A stretch of 61,871 nt of DNA, filler included, from Hausera hauseri (GCA_046269625.1; 11 parts of 11 records of this genome joined end to end with filler, not necessarily neighbours in it); one strand, 5' to 3'; positions 38,555-53,037 are shown, numbered from the whole stretch's first letter. Notes: generated by a model not told the origin, from the sequence alone. A program made the numbers and translations.

Positions 38555-41500
38555 CATTGACGGCCTAATTACTTGTCGGTGGAGTAAACGAAAAGTGGCT
38601 TTAGCTTCAGGGTGGTGTAGCGAATGTACACTGTTGAATGCTTATCTTTGCAAGGGTGGTGAGAAAATTATTGCGGAATGACCTGGTTTGAAAGTGTCCA
38701 AAGCCACACCGTCAACAATTGTGCAAGACTTGAAAGAATTAAGCATGTTCTGAGGTGGCTGGTTTCGTTGAAGTTGTACTTGAGTAAATATTGGTGAAAA
38801 ATTAATCGAACTGACTGATCTAGGTAAAAAATCGGCAACCAAATTATTAACCCCGTTAATATGTTTTATGTCGAAGTTAAATGTCGATAAGTATGATATC
38901 TGTCGTTCTTGGCGTGTGGAAGAATGTTTCGGGCTTGTGATCGGTCTTTATAGTAAAATGGCGAGCGACAAGTAGGAGGGAGAAATGCTTTAAGGCGAGA
39001 ACGATGGTCAATAATTCTCGATCGAACGTTGAGTATCTAGTTTCAGGGGATGTTAACTTACGAGAGAAAAATTCTAGCGGTTGATTTCCTCCTTTGTGGA
39101 TTTGGTGGAGTACAGCACCTACTGCAGTGGTTGAAGCGTCTGTAGTAAGGATTAGTTCCGCATCATGCTTGAGGAAGGCGAGAATGTCGACGGTATTAAT
39201 TCCTTTGCGTAGCTTATCAAACTTATCAACCAATTCAGGTGTCCACTGGATTGGCTGATGTTTTTTGCAACCGCTTAAGTGTGCGAATGGTGCTGTCAAT
39301 TCACAGCAATATGGTACATATTTATGCACAAAGTGTAGTGTACCGAAGAAGCTGCAAATTTCGGTGGTCGTACGTGGTAAGTGGATATTTGTAAGTGCTT
39401 CAACTCGGTCTGGTTGAGGAGAGTGGCCGTCTGGTGAGATAACGTGGCCTAAAAAGTTGATGGGCTTTTTGAAGAAATGGCATCTGTTTAAATTGACTTG
39501 GAGATTATGGTGGTTAAGGCGTTGGAATATTGCGCGAAGGTGTTCCTCGTGTTGTTTGGCCGAAGACGAAACAATTAGAATATCATCAATGTAAGGGTGG
39601 CAAACGGAAAATCTGAGAGAATTGAGTCAATATGTCGCTGAAAACTCTGCAGCATTTCGCAAACCGAATGGCATAAACAGGTACTCATAGAGGCCAAAAG
39701 GAGTGGTGACAGCAGTTTTTTCTATGTCTTCGGGTGCCACCGGTATTTGATGGTATGTTTTGGCCAAATCGATGGTCGAATAAATTGCGGTTGGATTAAG
39801 GCGATGCAAGATATCCTTGATGAGTGGTAAAGGGTACGCATCCATAATAGTAAATTGTTTAACTGTCGGTAATCACCGCATGGTCTAAAAGTTCCGTCCT
39901 TTTTTGTACGATGTGTAGAGGTGACGACCAAGGAGATTTGGAACGACGTACAATGCCGGAGCGTTCTAGTTCAAGAAATTCGGCTTCTACGGCCTGTCTA
40001 CAGCGAGGTGACAGTGGTCATACCTTTTGGCGTATTGGTCGTTGATGCTGTGTAATTGTGATGTACAGTGCTGTTTGCAGGAGTAAACGTACGATCTTTT
40101 TTGAGTACTCGTGGACATGATATGTTGACGAATTGTTGTAAAGTTGTAGGCAACTGTGAGAGATTCGGTGATGATGGTGAAACGGCTTGAGTAGTAGCGG
40201 ATGCCATTTGTGAATTGTTTGATGATGTGCAGTCAAGTTGTATTTGGTGTAAAATGGTCGATTTGGAAATGGTGTTGGATGAAGTGATTTCGTCAAGTGA
40301 ATTAACGTTGGTAACAGTACCACAATTGGCGACATCGAACCTCAACTGGATTTTAATATTATTATTTAAAAATTTACGGAGTGAAATATTACGAAAATTC
40401 AAAGTAGTTTTTGGTTTTCTCAAAATTGATAGCGGCGTCTCGATCTACTGCGCGGTAGTCGAAATGCTATTGACATGCTCAGTAACGTTGCCAGTGATGC
40501 CGCTCCTCAGACATCGTTGACTGCAGTCAACCAATAAATTATAATGTGATAGAAAATCGGACCCTAGAATTGCCGTCTAGACGTTAGCAACTGTAAACAT
40601 CCTATGGAAAGGTGAAGGGAATTTTGGTATGATGAAAGATAATTTAGCCGTACCAGAAATGCGCAGCGGTTGACTTGAAGCGGTGTATAAGGGAATTTTG
40701 TACAGGAAAAGATAGTGGTAATAGGAAAGTCGCTGCACGTGTATCAATGAGGAAATCAACAAATTGCGTTGTAGGAGCGGTGATTGCAGCCTTTAGAGTA
40801 AAGACAGCAAAGGAGGCGTGTCGGCATTCAAAAAGTGAAGTAATGCCTTTGCTAGAGTTTGCCGTGACTTCTGACGGCAAATTTAGTTTTTTTGAAATAG
40901 TGAACTAGGACGACTATTAGAAAAGGTGGTTCGTCCGTCCTTCGTATCGGGTTTGAAAGTGCAGCCTGGAATGCATTTACCGGCTTGATTTTCAAACTTT
41001 GCGTGGTAAATGCAAAAAACGGTACTTGAAGAAAAACTTTTGTTGTAAAATTTGCACCCTAGGCAGAATTTCTTGGCATTCTTATTGAATCTGCTGCGAT
41101 AATAGCAGATTGACGACCGCGTAGGCGATGGTGACCGGTTTCTAGATGCAGAATGGGCGCGGTCAGCAACAAAATTCCTTCGTCGGGACAGGGAAAGCTC
41201 GTTCGATTTGTTGTTTATATTGTTAATGGTTGCGTGTAGTGCGGTATTTTCAGCACGTAGATGATTAAGTTGTTGTTCTATTGATATTTTATTGGATTGA
41301 ATATCGTTAGGGCAACTGCCGCCAAAACGACTGGTGGGGAATCTAAGTGTAGAACATCGTGTGTCTTATCGGCTAATTCGGCCAATTTACAATAGCCGTG
41401 GAGTCCTCCACCACGGTAAGAAGGGCCCGGATTTGGATGGATAATGCGTTAAGAAAGTAATGACGCAGTAGTTCAGGATTGTGTTCTTTAGTGATGCCGA

Positions 41501-41700
41501 GTGTGCAGATGTGCCAAAGACGTTGCTGTTTCTGTTCAAAAGCATCAAAATGAACAAAAGGCATAATAATTCTTTAACAAAAGTTTATATTTTAAATTTC
41601 AATAAAATTTATATTTACAATATTGCGTGGCAATTCTCATATTCAAAAAATTCAATAAATTTGGGCATTACGGCATTTTTCACTTGGCATGTATTCGTGG
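38555..41700 (-). mobile_element. Conventional Ty3/gypsy element (gag-PR-RT-RH-start of IN), decayed
   Basis: Gag C-terminal CIYHAKF..AGKCIPGC knuckle and RS-rich tract; FLIDTRA protease; CGDYRQLN; MPFGLRNAA; YIDDILI; TDASTTAVGAVL; HSLHHPEAKAT integrase start. Confidence 0.9.
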
Positions 41701-42886
41701 ATTTTCGCAGCGATACCCAATCTTGATTAACCTGGTATTGGTGACGATGCGAGCAACCTTAGTGCATTTCTGAAACTGTCTTGAAGCAACTGCCTTCGCG
41801 ATGGCACTTTACCAATGCATAATTAATACAAACAGCGAACACGACGACATCCTCAACATCTCGGGTTGCAAGTGAATGATGTTAATCGAAGATATTAATA
41901 AATTTGCTCTCTATTGAAGTCATGTAATAAGCATTATCCGTAATAAGACCAACTAAGCTATTTTTCTTCACATGAATTGTTTATATTGAACATAATGCTT
42001 CTTGGACAGTTATCTCAACATTACGATCCATTCACTGTGCCTTTGTTGTGGCGAAATCTTTTTTATCAGCATTTTGAATTAAGTTTCCGAAATGTGGATT
42101 CGTGGAGCAAAACTTACTCTGTAGAAAATTTCCAATTCCCTTGTAAGCAACTTCATAAACGTTCGTAAGTGATATTCTGGCACTCTAAAATAACCTAGCC
42201 ATTCTTTTCACCTTATTAGACATTACAGTCGGAAAGACTCATATTCGACCTTACTTTTGCTCCTTCTCTATAGCCGCTGAATAGATTACACAAAAATCAC
42301 AACTTGATTATAGTATTCGCAACGAATTTTATCGGAATGGATGACAATTATTTTCGATGAAATTCGTGAAGTCTTAAACAAAATAAAACTATGATGTTGG
42401 GTTAATAAGTAAGAAATAAACACCAAATTCTCAATTTCATACAACTATTGATGCATCTTAAAATTCCGAAAGAACCAGCATAGTCAGTAATTCGCGGAAG
42501 AAACTATAACTCATGAATATGGTTAGTAGTTTTGAACCATAGCTTTGTACGAAGTGCACTTGTTCATTGGCTGGGTTATTGTGGTCCGGATTCGGCGGTT
42601 GCGGCTAAACGTATCTGTATTCTGTCACGATGGTATAAGACTACAAAAGTGCATCAATTTGTCGGCAATTGTGAAACAAATAAGAACAAATGAAAAAACA
42701 ATAACGGTGTATTTACAAAATCCTATTGGGCACAACAGTTCCGTATTCTACTTTTTCTAATAGAATCCCAAAATGCAGGTGTCACTTTCAAGGTCATAAT
42801 TTGTCTAACAAGGAACATTACTCCTAATTTTGATGAAATTCTGCATTGGAAGGTAATTTTAAAAATGGTCACAAAAACGAAGTATC

Positions 42887-43144
42887 ATGAGTAAAACTTT
42901 ATTATTCTCAACCAATTTAATCTGCTTAATAAAAACAAATAAGTATATCAAATGGCTGGAGTCAGCAAAAGCAAAAAATGTATGCGCACAACCAAAAAGA
43001 ATTACATTTGTCTCTGCCAAACGCTTTAACCCTTTGAAATTTATAATCATAATCATCTTTCTCCTTACATTATTTATCATGAGCCAAGAGACAACAAATA
43101 AGAAATTTTTGAATTCTATAGTCCAAGGACAGATCAACATGTAG
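42887..43144 (+). pseudogene. Small TM-containing ORF upstream of the exonuclease-like ORF
   Basis: Hydrophobic FIIIIIFLLTLFIM segment; position parallels 32697-32954. Confidence 0.3.
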
Positions 43145-43354
43145 AATGGATGGTTGCCGTTAAAAAGGTTAAAAATTAAAAATACACACTATAAATATCC
43201 GAAAACACACATACAAAAGACAAAATTCACATCAACATATACACCAATAGCAATGATTTTATTAAAACCAATACAGAACCACGGGGTAACCACCTACCCT
43301 AAAAACAGTTCAATAAATACGATTTTACACAATAATTTTCTTTTTCTCAGTAAA

Positions 43355-44983
43355 ATGATGAAACTTCTGAAAGAACCTGATACAGAACCGATTAAAGAAT
43401 ATGACGATATAAGTGTCGACCTGGATAAAGAAAGTTCAGATTCAGATGGTTCTACAAATACCGTGGTTCCCAACCCTAAACGAAGGGTTGTATCACCCCA
43501 ACATGAGTTTAAAAGGAACATTATGACTACAAACCATCCCGAACAGATTTTACCACCCTTCACTTTCAAGAACCCGTTACACATTAATCTATCAAGAGGA
43601 ATTTTATAAACAGAAAGCATCAAAACAGGTCAATTTAAACCGCACCACGGATTAACTACTAAAATAAGACTAAAATCATTAACGTTTGATGACCTCACAC
43701 AGCAAGAAAAATCAAGACTCCAAGATCAATTAGTTGAAAATTTGAATGAAATGGAACATGAAAGAATTATTAACAGATCATGGGATGAACTATGCAAAAA
43801 ATTCATAAAAATTTATGAAGTAGGACGCAGCTTATTTCCTTCTAAGTTTCACAATCGAATTCTGGAGTTAGCAGAACATTCAACTGATTTAATCTATCCA
43901 GAATGTTGGTACATCGATAATGGTCTCAAAACTATGACCATAAACAATCGTTTATATCGAATTTTGACTATATCCAGTCCATTATATAATATCAGTCTCA
44001 ATGCAATGCTTCATTTACATTCACCTTTCGAAAAGGTCATGTTACACTTAGCACGAGGAAAAATCCAGTTCCGTACTGAGATAGATGTGTACGAAGCTTC
44101 AAATCTTCGAAGTACACTAATAAATGCTAAAACATCCATGAGAACTAAATCAGCAGCATTTGCTGCTCAAATCTATTTTAAAATACTTCAACAACCAGTA
44201 ATACTCGATTTTGAAATATGCCAATATATGGATGAACAATTGGGCTTAAAACCTCCAATATTTTATCAAATACCAAAAGGGTTAAATCTGAATAATTATA
44301 GGCTAACAACAGCCTTTAATTATCGATACTTATCAGTTTCGTTGGCATATGTTTCCAACGGCGATATTATACCAATCGAGGTAATAATATCCGATCACAA
44401 CAAACTCCAGGTATATCAGACCTACATCAATCCTCGCAAAAGAATTGCTAATACAAACGGACATCACCACGGTTTATCAATGGAAATCATACAACAAGCC
44501 CAAGACAAAGAAGAGGTACGAACAGAGACAATTAAATATCTATACGGTTACACGATAATAAGTGCTAACACCAGCACAATACTGAAGGCATTACGTATAC
44601 CCCTAAATTTCGCCTATGGAATATTCGATATCCTCATAGCAGAAAATACAAAAAAACGTTTTAACGAAATGGGACTAAAAGTTAATCTAACCCAACTTCC
44701 TAAGGTCTACAACTTGCAGTACGAATTCCCGAAGTCAGCAGAACCCATTATGCAGGCTATAATGGAGATTCGTGGTTACTTTTCTAATAATTGTACTAAT
44801 GAACAATGGGAATGGGAGTGGACTCCACCAGATAACAATTTAATTAATGACGACAGATTTATGCAAATACCGGTAAAGTATCATTTGGATTATCAATACG
44901 AAAGAATACGATCAATTCACGAACTACAACCAATAGCAACCGAATCAGCTATTCAAGAATTGAAAAATAACACACTTTGCTAA
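43355..44983 (+). CDS. Intronless ORF (one premature stop at 43607) with a C-terminal inactive DEDDh/REX4-like exonuclease domain
   Basis: YLSVSLAYV..EVIISD....VYQTYINP......HHGLS.E.IQQA...EEVR..IKYLYGYTIISAN...LKAL follows the REX4/DnaQ pattern, but the DxE and GHxxxxD positions lack acidic residues. Confidence 0.6.
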
Positions 44984-46801
44984 AAAAGCAAAAAGTGAAC
45001 AAATGATTCAAACAAGGGAACTTTCAGTACTAATCTAAGGACAAACACATCAAATAATCAATGTTCGGTTTATACAAAAAGCAACAGTGACTATAAATCA
45101 ACGCAATCAAATCCAACCTAACTGCAGGTTTGGATGAATAATCGGAATAATATACAGACATTCCGTGCATAATACATTGCACCTAGTAATTGTTGGTGCC
45201 CATCTTGAGACCATCAACAGTCTCGATCATAAACCGGTATTGGTAAATCAACCAATACAGATGCAATTAGACCAAGTACCTATCCGTAAACCCAGGAGTG
45301 AGAAAGCAATTAATCTTCGAGGAACTACCAAGGAAAAATTGAAAATGCTCCTGTATCAATGAGGCCATCAGTTCACTTTAGAAAATTTATTCCAAATGAA
45401 ACAGAAAACAGACGATATGACGGTAAAAACGTTGACATCATGCGTTTCAAAAGTTGATCATTTTCTTTTTGTTTCATAAGGTAACTGAGGATGCCAATGT
45501 GCTTAGTGAGATGAATTTCCTTAATCTCGATACAAAAATATAAAGCTTCCTAACGTAACCAAGCTACCTGAAATGCTGGATTTCGATATGTAGAGATCGT
45601 TAGAAATCTATCGCGTCATCAATTGTCTATTAGATTCGATCTGTGCCTTAATTTCATTGTCATCAACAGTCACTGGTATTTCTGAATTTTGCATATCTTT
45701 CACATCAAAATCTCCAGACCGCAATTTCGCAACCAATTATGATACTGTCAAAATTTTAAAGAATTATCTCCATATACATCAAATAATTTTTGTGAGCTTG
45801 CATAACCGTTAGATTTGAAGGAACAAAGTTTGAGACGCGAATAAGTAACAATCTGTTCTTGATTGAAATATTCGATATGCACAATAACTTCATTATAAAA
45901 AATCTCGCATTACTCTAAATTTTATATTGTGATATGAATTTAATGAACATCACTGGTACCTGCTATATTCAATTTGTAAGGTATTACCCTCACAAAATAT
46001 GACATATGGGCATTTAGACTATTCAACTTATAAATTATAATCGCTTCTTTCCCAAGCTCACCACTTCATTAAACCGCATCTTTTAAAGCCGTCAGTGAAA
46101 TTACTTAATGTTCCTAACATATATTTATTCATGCATNNNNNNNNNNNNNNNNNNNNNNNNNNNNNNNNNNNNNNNNNNNNTTAATTAATTAANNNNNNNN
46201 NNNNNNNNNNNNNNNNNNNNNNNNNNNNNNNNNNNNTTCAGACGGAAGCCAAGAGAAGAGGTAGGCCGAGAGGAACGAAAATAAGCGACATACGCAATAG
46301 GAAAGATAGAAATGAAGAACTAGTAAGACGTTTATTACTAACAGGAACAAATGACTCCCCTGAAGCACTGGACATAGATCCTTTACTAAGAACATCATTT
46401 GCTTTATTCGACACGCAAGTTATAATCCCAGATGAAGTATTCACTACGTTAGGTAGTAGTATGCTGCGAATAAGTAGACAATTCTACGAGAATCTACATG
46501 AAGAAAGGATAAAGGAGATACACGACTTGGATATTCTGAAAAAGATGTTGGCTACAGGAATTACACAAGAAAAAGCTCAAACGGCTATATCTTATCTGCT
46601 ATATAAGATAATAGAAATTAAACATCAGACTCAAAATCTAGAGGAGATTGACCGAAATATAAAGACAGCCGTGATGATTTTAAAAGATACTCTGGGAAAT
46701 TGGGCTCAATGTAGAAGTGGCTGACTGAACAGCTTGACGACTAATGTGATGATAGACCAGTTGGGACACAATCAACTACTTCTAGATCAGGTATAACAGG
46801 C

Positions 46802-48660
46802 ATGTTGATAATGGCGATTATAAAAATTCTATTGATAACATCATTGCTAATGCCGAAATCCGTAGGTATAGTGGCGTACGATTGTTCTAAGCCTACTGAA
46901 GGACAAAAGTATTCTCTAGTTGACTTAGAAAAATTCCCAGAAGCCGATCCAGAACAGTTAACAACTACCAGTGGCCTTACATATTAGGTGCACCAATAGT
47001 GAATTCATAAAAACAAAGATTAGGGAATGTTACGTGAAAAGATCGTTCTTTTTGTTTAATTGTGCCTTCTATTGGGGAAACTCGGCCATAATTGAGCCTA
47101 CAACACCTTTTGAGCCAATAATAATATCACGAGCAGAATGTTAGGATGCTTTTAAGATTGGCATTATAACTATACAAAATTCACACATTCCAGCAGTAAG
47201 GAACAGAATAAAATATACAAGGATTTTTAGGGTAGGAAGGATAGATAAAACAATGGAAGGCATTTGTAAAGGAGTAGATTATGATGTCGGAGGCACCATC
47301 GCACCTAGAACAGTAGCCATAGAAAATTATCAGGTACAACTGAAAGAATATGAAGGATTATTTGATTCGCAAACGAAGTTAATGACGACGATGAGTGACT
47401 ATGAATACAATAATGGTGAATGTGATAAAGGAGAGTCTAAAATTACATGGGAGACTCTAGCAAGTAAATGCCAATTAACACTGTTAAAGAACGGGAAGTT
47501 TAACAAGACAGTAGGAAAGACAGCGGAGAAAGAGACGGCGACATATAAAGAAGGAACAAAGGAAGTTAAGATGACAGAGGTAGCTACAATTGTATACTCA
47601 GAAAATCCAGAAGAAATGATGACATTTAAAGTTGTGGGAGTAGTAAATAAGTGTGGCGAAGAAATATCCAAAACCAATTATAAAGGTATTTTATTATCGA
47701 GAAAAGAAGTACCCGGAGCGAAAACTAAAATAGATAAGAAAGATATTAAGTGGACCACATACTTTGATTATAAGATCGATTTTCTAATTAATTAGGTAAG
47801 GAAAGAAATTAGGGGTTGATATCGGGAGATAATAATGAACGATTGTAAGCTGAACTACGAAATAATGCGTAATAAAATGGCACTGGTAATAACAAATCCA
47901 GATATGGTATCACCAGTACTACCCTTCGTCGACGGAGTTATTGGAAGAGTGCGGGGTGAGGTGCTGATAACAATAGAATGTATGAAAGTGGAAGTATCAG
48001 TTAGACCCACGGAAGAATGTACAACGGAACTACCTGTCGTTTATCACTCAGAGGCCCGATATGTTACGCCAGTGACTAGGATATTGTTAGATATTAATGT
48101 AAAGCCTACTTCACTATACAATTGTACTTTTAATATGTCACCAATGTTAAGATCGACAACGATAAATGGATAAGAATGCCGAAAAGAAAACCGGTTCCAA
48201 ACCGGAGACATTAAGTTTGATTAACTTACAAAGGAATCAGAAGTTCGAACCATTAACAGGAATATCGCAGGGAGGAATTTATATCCAACAAAATTTAGAA
48301 GACTATCGACGGATATTGTTGTTCCCACAACAAAGACAACGAATAATAACCGAATTAACACGGAGAGTAATGTGGGATGACGAAGGATCACCACAATGGG
48401 AAAACCTTATGGGTAAAGACAATTTAAAGAAGGTAACGAGAAACGTAATGGAAAAGATGTGGGGAAAGTTCATATATTTTGGTCAAGCCGCTTCCGGCTT
48501 TCTAGCTATTTATTTTATAATTAGCGCCCTTCAAACAGTATTTACGGCACAAGGTAAAGCATGTGGGATACATGCCGCAGTAGGATGCTCATGGAAGATT
48601 TTAATAGCGGTAGTACCGGCAGTAGCGAGTTGCTTCTTAGCGAACCATGACGCACGATGG
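46802..48660 (+). pseudogene. env: Chuvirus-like envelope glycoprotein (family B)
   Basis: MLIMAIIKILLITSLLMPKSVG|IVAYDCSKPTEGQKYSLVDL; GRVRGEVL..C..CTTELPV; GGIY; MWGKFIYFGQAASGFLAIYFII..GCSWKIL. Confidence 0.85.
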
Positions 48661-48999
48661 AAAAGGAAGATATTACAAAAGAAAGACATAAAGGAATCTC
48701 CGTATAGTATACCTGATAACGATGATGCTGAATATACTCAGATGAAAGCAAAGAAACGAGTACCCATTATCAAACAACTAGTACTTAAGACGCGGAAGCC
48801 TGAGTATAGACAGAAGCTAATAACCAACCTGCCTCGTTTGGATCCTGTAGATGAACATCATGGACAAATGTATAATGAACACCGTTAATAAATCCTTCAG
48901 CTCCACGATATGTAGTACATGCAGGATTATATCCTACTCAACAAGTTCAGCAGATGAAACAAAGTCTTGATGAACGTGAATTCACATAACTATTAACGA

Positions 49000-51543
49000 T
49001 AAAAACGAACGGCAACCCCTATATGACCTGAAATAGAAATAGAAGTGAATAGATACCACATGATGGCTCTGTTAGATACTGGATCAACAACGACAATAAT
49101 GGGAAGAAGCCAATTGCCAAAAGAATTAAAAAGGAAGTTGCGAAGGCCAACTACTACACTAGTGAACGTAGGAGCATTCGGTACCGAAGAAAAAATCAAA
49201 ATGGTCCTGGATGCCAAAATTAAGATTGGTTAACAAACTTTGAACCATACCATAAGAATAGCCGATAATCTGACTAACGAAATTTTAATGGAATGTGATA
49301 TATTAAATCAATTGGAAAACGCGTATATAGATGTGAGAACATGTCAACTTAAGACGTTCGGTGAAGATCGTAACGAAGGAATTGTCTCACTAACTAAAGA
49401 CATTACGATCCCACCACGATATGAGATAATAGTCCCGGGAAAAATAGAAAGTCGAACGTTACCGGAGATTATTTATTTTGAACCACTTCCACAAGTTATG
49501 GAAAAATATGAAGTCCTAATCGCCCCTCACGTAGATAAAGTTAGAGATAGAAAAGTTCATTTACGCATTTTTAATACGACAAACAAAGAAAAACGATTAC
49601 GAAAAGATACTAGATTGGGAAAAGTAACAAGAACTGAAGAAACAACCAAAGAAGAAACCTGCTCAGTAATATCAGACGTAGATAAAATAGAAAAGATGAT
49701 GACAAAAAAGTTGAAAAAGAAACCAGACGAAGACAAAGAAAATAAAACCTCGAATATTGACTGGAACGAAAGGTTGCAAAAATGTGAAATTCTAAGTAAG
49801 GAAGAAAAGAAAATGTTAGTTAAGTTATTAGAAAAGAATGCCAGTCGATTTGCACAAACCGACTATGACCTCGGTACCATGAAAGTAATACAGCATGTCA
49901 TTAAGTTGAAGGACGGACAGGACAAGCCAATTAAGAAGAGACCGTATCGACTGGCATATGATAAGAAACAGGAAGCTCGTAAAATAATAAAGGAAATGAG
50001 AGAAAATAAGATAATTCGACCAAGTTGCTCTCCATGGACAGCGCCGGTAGTAATGGTTAAAAAGAAAGATGGAAGTATGAGATTCTGCATAGACTATAGA
50101 GCTTTGAATGAAATAACGGAGACGGACACATATCCATTACCAAGAATTGACGAGATACTAGATAAATTACATGGATCAACCATATTCACAACTATCGATC
50201 TACAAAAGGGTTATTGGCAAGTGGAGGTAAAAGAAGAAGATAAACCCAAGACAGCCTTCTCAATCGGAGAAGGGCTATGGGAGTTTAATAGGATGCCCTT
50301 TGGATTAAAGAATGGATCACCAACGTTTCAGAGAGAAACCGAACTCCTACTGTTAAATGCTCCACACGCCATGGTTTATATAGACGACGTAATAATAGCT
50401 TCGCCAAATTTTTAGCAGCATCTAAAGAATTTGCAGGATCTCTTTGATAGATGCAAGATAATGGGTTTAAAGATAAACCCAAAGAAATGTTCATTTGCAC
50501 AAACAGAGGTAAATTTCCTCGGACATAAAGTAGACAGGCATGGTGTAAAATCTCAGGATAAACTCTTAGGAAAAATAAGAGATTTTCCTAAGCCAGGTAC
50601 CGTTAGAAAACTACGTCAGTTTCTAGGTTTAGCAAACTATTATCGAAGATTCATAAAGGATTTTAGTAAAATTGCGAAACCTCTGTATGAGTTATTACGT
50701 GAAGATTTAGATAAAGTCATCTGGACCAACAAATGCCAAAAAGCTTTCGAATATTTAAAAGATAGATTATTAACGGCTCCTATATTAATCTACCTAGACA
50801 TGGCCGAACCATTTATTTTGGCAACAGACGCAAGTGATTACGGAATAGGAGCAGTATTATCACAGAAGGGTGAAGATGGAAAAGAATATCCTGTGGCCTA
50901 TGATTCACAAATAGTTAATAAGCATCAAAAGAAATACGCGGTAATAGAAAAAGAGTTATTAGCGGTGATATTTGCTCTAGAAGTATTCTCACCATATATT
51001 AGTGAAAATAAACAGCTTATGATTTATACAGATCATAGACCACTCCAATGGCTAAAACAACATGAAAACCCAAATAGCAGGCTACTACGATGGGCTCTCA
51101 AGTTACAACCATATACATTGAATTTTCAGTATAAGTCTGGCACGCGAAATGCTAATGCCGATTACCTATCGAGACTACCTGACAAAACAGAAACGAAGGC
51201 AGTAGTTGCAGCCGTATGGAGTATGGATGGATCAGTTGAAAAAATTAAGATGAATCAAGATGAAGATATCAAAATAAGAGCCATTAGGAAATATATAAAA
51301 GATAAAATTATATCAGTGGACAGAAAATTAACCCGTCACCTGGCTCGATTCAGTGAAGCGTACGAGGAAAAGGAAGGATTTCTATATTTCATTAGTCAAA
51401 ACGGACCAGCATTAGTAATTTCTAAGAAAAATAGAACAGTTTTGCTAACCCAATACCACGATGGATTGCTTGGGGGACACCAATCAGCCAATAAGACACT
51501 AAAATTAAAACGGAAATATTTCTGGCCAACGATGACGAAAGAC
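49000..51543 (+). pseudogene. pol: Ty3/gypsy pol (family B)
   Basis: LDTGS; SPWTAPVVMVKKKDGSMRFCIDYRALN; MPFGLKN; YIDD; TDAS; TDHRPL; YHDGLLGGHQ..KYFWPTM. Confidence 0.95.
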
Positions 51544-51649
51544 NNNNNNNNNNNNNNNNNNNNNNNNNNNNNNNNNNNNNNNNNNNNTTAATTAATTAAN
51601 NNNNNNNNNNNNNNNNNNNNNNNNNNNNNNNNNNNNNNNNNNNAAAAAA

Positions 51650-52135
51650 ATTGTCGAAAAGAAACTGTAAAAAGTGCAAAATTGACACATTTTTTCTGCT
51701 GTAGCACAACAAGGCAAAGTACCATGAAGATGACTCATACACCGTTCGACGCAGAATTAAATTCCGAACAAGGTAGAACTTTCAAAAAAATTTTAGCTAC
51801 TAAGGAAAAATTTTTATCAAAAAGAAACTGTAGAAAAGTGCAAAATTGACACATTTTTGTGCTATAGCACAAGAGGCAAAAGTCATATGAAGTTGCTTTA
51901 TATACCATTTGACGCAGAATTAAATTCTGAACACGATAGCACTTTCAAAAAAATTTTTGCTACTAAGAAAAAAAATTTCTCGCGAATAACTAAAAATTTT
52001 GCACATTTTTGTGCTATAGCACAATAGCGAAAAGTCACATGAAGTTGACTATTACACCATTCGACGCAGAATAAAATTTTGCACAAGATACAACTTTCAA
52101 AAAAATTTTAGCTACTAAGGAAAAAAACTCGCGTA
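51650..52135. repeat. Tandem repeat, 3 units of ~150-165 bp
   Basis: Recurrent GACGCAGAAT(T)AAATT and ACTTTCAAAAAAATTTT.GCTACTAAG. Confidence 0.85.
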
Positions 52136-52753
52136 GAACTAAATAATACTGCGTGTGACATATTTAACATAAAGTCAGCTACTTACATTTTGTAAGGACA
52201 TTGACAGCCGTATTATGATTGGCTGTGGTTTATATATTAAGTGACAGAATTGTTACTTCAGTCAGTTCACCAGCAAAGCTGGTTAGCTCCTCGGATAAAA
52301 ACAGTTTTGTCAATTTGACTGTGTTTTGTTGACCTAATGTATATATAATATTTGACCATTTGTGTTTGCTTAATGTTTTGTTCACCTAATATTTTGGCTA
52401 ATTGTGTTTTGTCGATCTATTAAATATCCACCTAATATTTGGCTAAATATTTGGAATTTATGAGTGAAAAGTCATTTCACATAGTGCACTCACGTTTAGT
52501 GCAGTGACTAGTGGACACTGTCTGCTATGTCTCCAACCCATCTATCGTTTTAACTGAAGATGGGGTACTATGTATGTTGACGAAGTAGCTCATTAAATTC
52601 TGTCTATTTTTTAACCAACATTGAAACAAATGCAACATACAAAAGCAATATATCAAAAGCAAGGGTGGACAATAATATACAAAAGCAATGAGTGGACAAC
52701 AAAATTTAAACAAAAGCAATTTACCAAAATTTGAAGTTTTTCATGTCTTTTTA

Positions 52754-52960
52754 TTAATAGTAAATATGTACACTTTCAGTTATAGCGCATTTACACTCTG
52801 GACAATACTTTGAACATATCTGACATACAACCGGATGGCCGCACATTAGGAATACCGTATCTACCTTCATTACATAGCAAACATATGAACTTTGACTTCT
52901 CTTTTGTATGTTCCTCAATTGTACACACAACTCTGCCACAGTATTAAAATATTCTACAGC
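52754..52960 (-). CDS. Terminal exon encoding an IAP-type C-terminal RING finger (first Cys degenerate)
   Basis: ttttcag acceptor; VCYVMKVDTVFLMCGHPVVCQICSKYCPECKCAI....IYY*. Confidence 0.65.
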   Translation of the reverse strand, partial: AVEYFNTVAELCVQLRNIQKRSQSSYVCYVMKVDTVFLMCGHPVVCQICSKYCPECKCAITESVHIYY

Positions 52961-53037
52961 TGAAAAAGCATTTAAATGAAAATATATCTGGTTAAGATAT
53001 TTTCATTAGTGACACAACGGTATTTATAGAAACAAAA

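Larger units (their letters stand above)
46237..51543 (+). mobile_element. Env-before-pol Ty3/gypsy retroelement, divergent family B (decayed; ends in gaps)
   Basis: KRRGRPR AT-hook, signal peptide, AYDC glycoprotein, TM, PSAP tail, ALLDTGS, VYIDDV, TDASDYGIGAVL, integrase HH start. Confidence 0.9.

Noticed and set aside
42887-51543. Treating the exonuclease-like cassette and the family-B env-pol segment as one contiguous element
   Set aside because: They are separated by an artificial gap and ~0.7 kb of unassigned sequence. Linkage rests only on motif homology with 33060-33328.
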